Source: Bacteroidia bacterium
GTDB lineage: Bacteria; Bacteroidota; Bacteroidia; UBA7662
Length of the DNA: 64,000 nt
NCBI GenBank assembly: GCA_049317645.1
Contig: JBMOHV010000001.1
Coordinates: forward strand, 975 to 64,974
Reading direction: 5' to 3'
This document shows, one piece after another, positions 57,583 through 64,000 of the stretch. A program made the position numbers and the translations under genes. The notes under the pieces were generated by a model. That model searched no databases and had not been told where the DNA came from. It saw only the letters and a program-made list of their open reading frames with translations. Numbering within the stretch: position 1 is the first letter of the stretch; each line of letters opens with the position of its first letter.

Positions 57583-58832
57583 AAACCCTGCAACTGGGCA
57601 TCCTGCGCGAATCCAAAAACCCACCGGACCTTCGAACCCCGCTGGTCCCCGACGATTGCCGTCTCCTCTTGTCGCGGTTCCAAGGCCTCCGTATCGTGGT
57701 ACAGCCGTCTTCATTTCGGTGTTACAGCGATGACCAATACCGAGCAGCGGGATGCTTGATCTCCGAAGACCTGAGCGAATGTCGTTTGGTTTTGGGCGTG
57801 AAAGAAGTGGATCCCGTTCAGCTTTTGCCTGGCCTGGCCTACGCTTTTTTTTCGCATACCATCAAGGCCCAGCCTTACAATCGCTCCATGATGCAACACA
57901 TGGTCCGGGAAGGGATCAGTTTGTATGATTACGAGTTAATGACCGACCAAAGGGGTCGTCGAACCGTGGCTTTTGGTCATTGGGCCGGTATCGTTGGTGC
58001 CTGGCATGCCCTGCGTATGCGCGGTCTCCGCAACGGCCATCCTTCGGTCCCCACCGCCGCCGAGCTGGGCTCCTACCAGGGCCTGCTGGATTCCGTCACC
58101 GATCTTCAGCTGGATGCGGCCCTCTTTTTGCTTTGTGGCAACGGCCGCGTGGGCCAAGGCGCCCTCCAAATGCTCCAAGCGGCGGGTGTTGAAACGTTCC
58201 ATCCGGAGCAAATCCTGGAATTCCCGGACAAGCCCTGGTCCCAAATTCATTCCAAAGCAGGGCTGGTGGTCCTTCAATCCCGGGATATCGTATCTCCCAA
58301 GAAAGGGGGGCCTTATGTAGAATCCGATTATTACCAAACGCCTGAGGACTACGCTTCCAATATGGCACCCTTTTTGCGACGGGCGGATGTTCTGATCAAT
58401 ACCATCTACTGGGATCCTCGCGGTCCACGGCACTTCGAGGCCCCCGATATTCGCCATTCTACGTTCAGGGTTTCCCAAATCGCTGACATATCCTGCGATA
58501 TCGAGGGCTCTGTCCCGATCACAACCCGGGCCTCCCGCATCGATGACCCGTATTACGGCATCTCTCGTTCCACTTTATCAGAAATAGCACCTTGGGATTC
58601 CAACGGGGTGGATATCATGGCCGTTGATAACCTCCCCTGCGAGTTGCCTCGTGAAGCCTCCCAAGAATTTAGCCGGGCTTTGTTGCAACATTTCATAACA
58701 CCCTACGTAGAAGATTCCCTGTCATCCGGGCTGGGTGAACCGCAACAATCCCTCCTTTCCAGAGCACGTTTGTTGGAACAGGGTCGCCTGCACCCGAATC
58801 AAGCCCACCTGGCGAGCTACGCCGCCCTCTAA
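57579..58832 (+). CDS. Saccharopine dehydrogenase (L-lysine-forming, LYS1-like; AlaDH/PNT fold)
   Basis: LGILRESKNPPDLRTPLVP and DYELMTDQRGRRTVAFGHWAGIVGA align with the yeast LYS1 N-terminus and catalytic region. ATGA overlap with the S46 gene. Confidence 0.7.
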   Translation: MKTLQLGILRESKNPPDLRTPLVPDDCRLLLSRFQGLRIVVQPSSFRCYSDDQYRAAGCLISEDLSECRLVLGVKEVDPVQLLPGLAYAFFSHTIKAQPYNRSMMQHMVREGISLYDYELMTDQRGRRTVAFGHWAGIVGAWHALRMRGLRNGHPSVPTAAELGSYQGLLDSVTDLQLDAALFLLCGNGRVGQGALQMLQAAGVETFHPEQILEFPDKPWSQIHSKAGLVVLQSRDIVSPKKGGPYVESDYYQTPEDYASNMAPFLRRADVLINTIYWDPRGPRHFEAPDIRHSTFRVSQIADISCDIEGSVPITTRASRIDDPYYGISRSTLSEIAPWDSNGVDIMAVDNLPCELPREASQEFSRALLQHFITPYVEDSLSSGLGEPQQSLLSRARLLEQGRLHPNQAHLASYAAL

Positions 58833-58885
58833 GAACCATTTTCGCCTTCTACCCCGTACTTTTACCTTTCATTCGACGACCAAAT

Positions 58886-59737
58886 ATGGACGAAGATTAC
58901 GAAAAACCCTACGTCCCCCTTTGGACGGCCCAAGAGGCTCGAGCCTTGGTGATTAACAACGCCTGCCTTGGTATCATTGGGTTTTATCTCGTACGAATTC
59001 CCCTTATTCTACTTTCTTATCTTTTGGCCCAGCTTGAAGGCTTAAGGCCCGAACTTCATTATTACGGCCTGGTAATTGACAAAATTTCCAATGACTCGGT
59101 TATCCAGGGAGCTGGTTGGTCCGGCGGATCCACCATAGGGGCGTATTTCATTGGCCCCCTCGTATTTGCTTTTGCTGCCATCTACCTATTGCAGCGTTGG
59201 GAGTATTTGTGGTTGAACGGGATATCACTTGGATTGATCATTTGGACCAGCTTGCACGGCTTTAGCCGTTTGTTATGCGGTGCCGTGGCCGGCATTTTTA
59301 TTCCCAAATATGTGGGGCAGGTCTTTGTCGCTACCGGAATCAGTCTGGGCGTTCGGGTTTTGTTAGGGATTGCGGCCTTTGGCATCTTTCTAGCGGTGGC
59401 CCGTTTCTTCCTACCCCCTCTTTTGTTCAACGGACGCGAACAAAGGGTGGCCGAAGACGAAGGTTCTCGGGGTGAATTTGTGCGATACACCCTCTTTCTT
59501 CCCTGGCTTTTGAGTTCCTCCTTCATCGCTCTCATTCACGGGATTCGGGGCCATTATTACGAAGTCATCATACAATTTTTGTTAGGTCTGGTGGTTCTGC
59601 ATATTTACCATCAGTTCCGCCCCCAAAAACCCGAATACAATGTACCCATCCCCGAACAAGGTCGACCTCGTGTTGATTTCCGGCTTTGGGTTGCGACTGC
59701 ATTGGTCTTTCTTTTGATTTTTATCTTGTTTTTTTAA
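58886..59737 (+). CDS. Hypothetical polytopic membrane protein
   Basis: 283 aa with at least 7 predicted TM helices and no motif. Its local GC is lower than that of its neighbours. Confidence 0.4.
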   Translation: MDEDYEKPYVPLWTAQEARALVINNACLGIIGFYLVRIPLILLSYLLAQLEGLRPELHYYGLVIDKISNDSVIQGAGWSGGSTIGAYFIGPLVFAFAAIYLLQRWEYLWLNGISLGLIIWTSLHGFSRLLCGAVAGIFIPKYVGQVFVATGISLGVRVLLGIAAFGIFLAVARFFLPPLLFNGREQRVAEDEGSRGEFVRYTLFLPWLLSSSFIALIHGIRGHYYEVIIQFLLGLVVLHIYHQFRPQKPEYNVPIPEQGRPRVDFRLWVATALVFLLIFILFF

Positions 59738-59815
59738 CCAGCTCTTCGCCTACCACCCTTTTTTCGTTCACCCTTTTACCTGATTCGATTTCATCCTGTC
59801 CCTCGCGATTTACCT

Positions 59816-60112
59816 ATGACCACCCAGCCCCTAGAATCCATACGCTCTGGAACCTTTGCCCTGATTGATGTTCGCACCACCGACGAATTTCAACAAGACC
59901 ATATCGAAGGCAGCATCCATATTCCCCACCAAGAAATCCTGGACCACAGCGAACGCATCGCCCAATTGCCAGAACCTCGCTTCCTCTATTGCCGCAGCGG
60001 AGCCCGCAGTGCCTTGGCCATGCAAATGCTTCAACAATGCGGAGTTACCGAGCTTTTTAATGCAGGAGGCATCGAAGATATGCGGGAATTGTTGCGGGAC
60101 GCTGCCCTTTAA
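59816..60112 (+). CDS. Rhodanese-like single-domain sulfurtransferase
   Basis: 98 aa; active-site loop YCRSGARS (Cys). Confidence 0.7.
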   Translation: MTTQPLESIRSGTFALIDVRTTDEFQQDHIEGSIHIPHQEILDHSERIAQLPEPRFLYCRSGARSALAMQMLQQCGVTELFNAGGIEDMRELLRDAAL

Positions 60113-61380
60113 CCCAAGCCGCCGGCCCATCGAAGGGCCTTGTTTCCAAATCGCTCCTTGAGGCGATCCAAGGTCTTGTGCAGGGCATCTTCCTCGGTAG
60201 GATCCCCGAACAAATCCAGCTGAGCCCCCACCCTGCTCAATTCACTCAGGCGCAGGCCCACCAAACGAACCCGCATTCGCCGGGTGTACAGGCGTTCAAA
60301 CAAGGTACAGGCGCTGTCCATCAGCACCCGGTCCGATGCCGTGTAAGGGATCTTTTGTTGCCTGCTGACCGTCTCAAAATCGGCGTAACGCAGGCGAATC
60401 GTCAGGCATCCGCAAACCAAACCCTGCGAACGCAGCTCGTGACCCAGGCCTTCAGCGAGGGAGCGGAGCTTGGTTTTGAGGAAGGAAGGATCGGCGCTAT
60501 CCTGATCAAAGGTTCGTTCGGCCGAGATAGACTTTTGTTCGCGGTAAGGGAGAATCGGCTGATGATCCACCCCCCTGGCTTTCTCCCAAAGCGTCACACC
60601 GTTCTTTCCAAAAAGCCGAACCAGGTACTCGCAGGGAACTTCTTGCAATTGATGAATCCGGCCCAAACCCAGCTCTTCCAACTGAGAGGACCAAACAGGG
60701 CCCACCATCGGGATTTTTCGGACCGGGAGCGGAGCCAAAAACCGAGCCTCGTCCCCGTTCCTAACACAATATTGGTTATCCGGCTTGGCCTGACCGGTCG
60801 CCACCTTGGAAACAGTTTTGTTCACCGAAAGACCCAACGAAGAAGGAAGCCCTGTTTCGCGGGTGATGCGGCTGCGCAGCTCCGAAGCCAAGCGCAGACA
60901 ACCCAGATACTTATCCATTCCACTCAAATCAGCGTAAAATTCATCCACCGAAGCCTTCTCTACGACGGGCAATGTCTCCTGAATCAACGCGGTAACCATC
61001 CGGCTGTATTCCCCGTATTGCTCGGAATGGCCGCGTACCAAAACAGCCTCGGGGCATAACCTCAACGCCATCCGAACGGGCATCCCCGACGAAACCCCCA
61101 TGGACCGTGCTTCGTAACTGCAGGACGAAACCACCGCCCGGTCACCGCCTCCCCCAATAATCAGAGGTTGGCCCCTCAATCGACCGTCCAAGAGTCGCTC
61201 GACCGACACAAAAAACGTATCCAGATCCAAATGCAAAACACAACGTGTTCCTTCAAAGGCCCTGGATTCGTCCCCAAAAAAGAAACCGGGCTCAGGCGGC
61301 AAAGGAGGCAGATTCAAGAGAGACATACGCCCGCTTGTGCATGGATGAAACTTCGACAAAACGATAATCGTACTCTTCAC
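60109..61380 (-). CDS. dinB: Y-family DNA polymerase (DinB/Pol IV-like) with intact catalytic residues
   Basis: HLDLDTFFVSVE (motif I, D-x-D) and SVDEFYADLS (motif III, DE). Little-finger domain and C-terminal ...LDRLKERFG. An alternative start at 61326 is possible. Overlaps the 3' end of dnaE2. Confidence 0.75.
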   Translation of the reverse strand: MKSTIIVLSKFHPCTSGRMSLLNLPPLPPEPGFFFGDESRAFEGTRCVLHLDLDTFFVSVERLLDGRLRGQPLIIGGGGDRAVVSSCSYEARSMGVSSGMPVRMALRLCPEAVLVRGHSEQYGEYSRMVTALIQETLPVVEKASVDEFYADLSGMDKYLGCLRLASELRSRITRETGLPSSLGLSVNKTVSKVATGQAKPDNQYCVRNGDEARFLAPLPVRKIPMVGPVWSSQLEELGLGRIHQLQEVPCEYLVRLFGKNGVTLWEKARGVDHQPILPYREQKSISAERTFDQDSADPSFLKTKLRSLAEGLGHELRSQGLVCGCLTIRLRYADFETVSRQQKIPYTASDRVLMDSACTLFERLYTRRMRVRLVGLRLSELSRVGAQLDLFGDPTEEDALHKTLDRLKERFGNKALRWAGGLG

Positions 61381-64000
61381 GAAGGATACCGCTCAATCGG
61401 TAAATCCCCCGACCCTTCCAAGGCCATGACTTCCACTGAGGCGGAAAATGCACCGTATCCACCCAAGAACCCGACGGATCCCTCCAGGTCCCGAAAGCCA
61501 TCCGCTCACCCCGAACCGTACGCACAGTCCGAATATGCACCGTATACAGATCCAGGCTCACCACGGTCCCCGTCGGTATCGTCGCATCCCAAGCCAGGGG
61601 GGAACCGTAACCGGACCGGTCGACCAAATCAAAGGGAGAAACCAGCGGAAAACCCAGCAATTCCATTTCGTCGTACGCCTGACGAATCCGATCCAACGGC
61701 AGCAAACCGACCCCATCAACCGAACCTTGGACCGCTGAGGGTAACACAAAAGGTTGAAGGGGCTCCGCTTCGAACAAAACCGAAGACACCGATCCGGAAC
61801 GAGAACCCTGAACCCCGCTGCTATAAAACAAACGCAGAGCCCACAGAGCCAAGGATCGCGTAGGCTGCAAGCAACGCAACGCCCCAACCCTCCATAACAA
61901 AAGAGACTGCTCCAAACCCAGCCCCGAACGCCGGCAGAAATCTTCGACACTGTGGTACAGTCCACCGCTGCTTCGAGCCTTGAGAAGGCCCTGAACACTG
62001 CGTTCTTCCAACCCGCGAATCCAAGCCAAACCCAAACGCAAGCAAGAACCCTCCAGCGAAACAACGGCCGTGCTGTATTGAACACAGGGCCCCTCCACCA
62101 CGGCCCCCAAACGTCGGGCCTCCTCCAAATACTCTTCGGCGCTGTAAAATCCGCCACCGTTGTTCAATACCGCCACCATATAAGCCAAGGGGGCATACGC
62201 CTTCAGATAAAGGCATTGATAACTTTCGACCGCGTACGACGCCGAATGACCCTTGGCAAAAGCATAGCCGGCAAAACCGGCCATCTGCCTCCAAAGCTCA
62301 CGGGCCAAAACCTCCCCGTGCCCCAACCCCACGGCCCCGGACACAAAACGTTGCTCCAAATCCTGCAGTTCGGTCAAACCCCGGTGCTTGCCACTCATGG
62401 AACGCCTCAAGACATCGGCCTCGGCCAAATTCAAACCACCCAAAACATGCGCCACCCGGATAACATCTTCCTGGTAAACCATCACCCCGTGGGTTTCCGG
62501 TAACAAATTCCGTAGCGCTTCCGGTGCATCCAAACGCAGTTCAGGGCAACGCTCCCTTTCGATATAAACCCGCATCATACCCGATGAGGATACCCCCGGT
62601 CGAATGACCGAACTCGCCGCCACCAAACCCAGGTAATTATGAACCCGTAATTTGGTTAATAACATGCGCATCGCCGGGGATTCAATATAAAAACACCCCA
62701 CGCTCTTGCTTTGCTCCAGCAAAGAACGAACCCTTGCATTGCGCTTCAGGCGATGGATATCCCTCAAAATGCGAGTCAGCCCCTCGCTCCGAACCGGCCC
62801 CATCATCCCCAAAGTGTCTTTGATTTTGGCCAAACCCCGCTGGCTGAGCAAATCAAATTTGTGAAACCCCAGATCCTCGGCCGAATGCATGTCCAGCAGA
62901 GCCGTAGGAAACCCTTTGGGAGGAAAAAAGCAAGCCGTGTACCGTTCCACCGGAAAATCCGTAATCAGTACACCGCCGGCATGAATGCTATGATGGGAAG
63001 GCATCCCCTGCATCCGGTCGGCATAATGCAAAACCAAACGCCCCGTACGATCCAGCACCCCGCGATCCGCACCCCGCATACCTGCCAAAGCTTCGATCTC
63101 ATCACCGGGAAGGCCAAAGACCTTGCCCAATTCACGGACCGCCGAACGATGCTGATAACAAACATGCGTTCCCAAAAGAGCCACGTGGGGGAATCGACGA
63201 AAAACATATTGCAACACCGCATCCCGATCTTGCCACGAAAAATCCAAATCAAAATCGGGAGGGTTGCGTCGATACAGGTTAATAAACCGCTCAAAAAACA
63301 AATCCAATTCCAACGGATCCACGTCCGTAATAAAAAGCAAGTACGCCACCAAGCTGTTGGCCCCGCTTCCCCGACCCACATAAAAAAATCCCGATTCCCT
63401 GGCAAATTTGAGGATCTTCCAATTGATCAAAAAATAAGCTACATAGCGCTTTTGTCGTATGATCATCAATTCTTTTTCCAAACGCTGTTGCAATTCAGCT
63501 GGAGGATTTGCATACCGATGCCTGATCCCGGAACGAGCCAGAAAACACAAAAAGCGATAATCCATTTCCTCGTTGCCGGTGTACTTCGAAAGGTTTTTGT
63601 GTGGAAAAGACGAACCGATTTCAAAATAGATGCGGCATTCATCCAGCAGCCTCGTCGTTCGGTAGAGTAGTTCTGGACACGAATTGAATCGTTCGAAAAC
63701 AAGAACGGAAGACTCCAAAAGATCCCCGGAAGAAGCCTGATCGTAGGTGGAATCCAGATTTGATAACAACAAATTGTGATGAATCGCCCGCAGCAAACGA
63801 TGCAGAGCGCGATCCTCCGCCCGCAACAAGGTCGCTGTCTCCATGGCCAGCATCTTGTTCCAAGTCACCCACGATGACAAGTCCCCAAAACGATGCAGAT
63901 CCCTGGACGACAAGCCCACCCATTCCCCTTCCCGAAGGCGGTGTCCCGGACCCCGGGGGCCTTCGTAAATCACCCAGAGATCGGGGTGGGGTTCAGCAGG
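61292..64000 (-). CDS. dnaE2: Error-prone DNA polymerase DnaE2 (ImuC), 5'-truncated by the window edge
   Basis: Pol III alpha palm/fingers (...GRGSGANSLVAYLLFITDVDPL..., FDLDF), HhH and OB fold. It ends about 100 aa after the OB domain, i.e. it has no tau-binding tail. The PHP domain lies beyond coordinate 64000. Confidence 0.8.
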   Translation of the reverse strand, partial: PAEPHPDLWVIYEGPRGPGHRLREGEWVGLSSRDLHRFGDLSSWVTWNKMLAMETATLLRAEDRALHRLLRAIHHNLLLSNLDSTYDQASSGDLLESSVLVFERFNSCPELLYRTTRLLDECRIYFEIGSSFPHKNLSKYTGNEEMDYRFLCFLARSGIRHRYANPPAELQQRLEKELMIIRQKRYVAYFLINWKILKFARESGFFYVGRGSGANSLVAYLLFITDVDPLELDLFFERFINLYRRNPPDFDLDFSWQDRDAVLQYVFRRFPHVALLGTHVCYQHRSAVRELGKVFGLPGDEIEALAGMRGADRGVLDRTGRLVLHYADRMQGMPSHHSIHAGGVLITDFPVERYTACFFPPKGFPTALLDMHSAEDLGFHKFDLLSQRGLAKIKDTLGMMGPVRSEGLTRILRDIHRLKRNARVRSLLEQSKSVGCFYIESPAMRMLLTKLRVHNYLGLVAASSVIRPGVSSSGMMRVYIERERCPELRLDAPEALRNLLPETHGVMVYQEDVIRVAHVLGGLNLAEADVLRRSMSGKHRGLTELQDLEQRFVSGAVGLGHGEVLARELWRQMAGFAGYAFAKGHSASYAVESYQCLYLKAYAPLAYMVAVLNNGGGFYSAEEYLEEARRLGAVVEGPCVQYSTAVVSLEGSCLRLGLAWIRGLEERSVQGLLKARSSGGLYHSVEDFCRRSGLGLEQSLLLWRVGALRCLQPTRSLALWALRLFYSSGVQGSRSGSVSSVLFEAEPLQPFVLPSAVQGSVDGVGLLPLDRIRQAYDEMELLGFPLVSPFDLVDRSGYGSPLAWDATIPTGTVVSLDLYTVHIRTVRTVRGERMAFGTWRDPSGSWVDTVHFPPQWKSWPWKGRGIYRLSGILREEYDYRFVEVSSMHKRAYVSLESASFAA

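Overview
This 64 kb window looks like a compact, high-GC (about 60%) chromosomal core region of a Bacteroidota-type genome. Markers supporting that assignment are a tmRNA with an ...YALAA tag, the DUF4295-rpmG-rpmB and ftsX-DUF3098-uppP syntenies, an S46 dipeptidyl-peptidase, a TAnnTTTG -7 promoter motif and AU-rich rather than Shine-Dalgarno leaders. It is gene-dense (about 60 CDS), mostly housekeeping, with many ATGA/TAATG start-stop overlaps.

Recognisable content, in order:
- maf; an 1180-aa multi-TM sensor histidine kinase; hldD; queD; fabD; prmC.
- ribD, an FKBP PPIase, rlmH and an oxidoreductase in one coupled cluster.
- An HsdR_N/PD-(D/E)xK small protein; a short-form AMP nucleosidase; holA; ribF; truB; uppP; DUF3098; ftsX; leuS.
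- An S9 peptidase; pckA; a DUF4139-like protein; a CBS-domain PLP enzyme; NfeD; pyrG; yidC; a GT4 glycosyltransferase.
- Three small exported proteins: a PSCyt1-like cytochrome-c-type lipoprotein with a CX4CH motif, an OB-like protein and YceI.
- bshC; rimO; ftsY; DUF4295-rpmG-rpmB; rocD; the thrS-infC-rpmI-rplT operon, with infC apparently starting at AUU.
- A TPR lipoprotein; a PD40 propeller protein; hmgA-hpd (tyrosine catabolism); a Glu/Leu/Phe/Val dehydrogenase overlapping a ccmB-ccmC-ccmD fragment; a stand-alone biotin carboxylase.
- tmRNA (ssrA); a SOUL heme-binding protein; a plsC-like / S46 peptidase / saccharopine dehydrogenase operon; a rhodanese; a DinB-like Y-family polymerase immediately downstream of a 3' fragment of error-prone DnaE2.

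I found no CRISPR array, IS element, prophage or integrase. The most unusual items are:
- Two exact or near-exact 21-23 bp tandem duplications sitting on a start codon and on a stop codon.
- A (CCCCCCG)x3 heptanucleotide repeat inside a coding region.
- A dnaE2-dinB order instead of the usual imuA-imuB-dnaE2 cassette.
- A stand-alone PSCyt1-like lipoprotein with a CX4CH motif.
- A truncated ccmBCD cluster coupled to a dehydrogenase gene.
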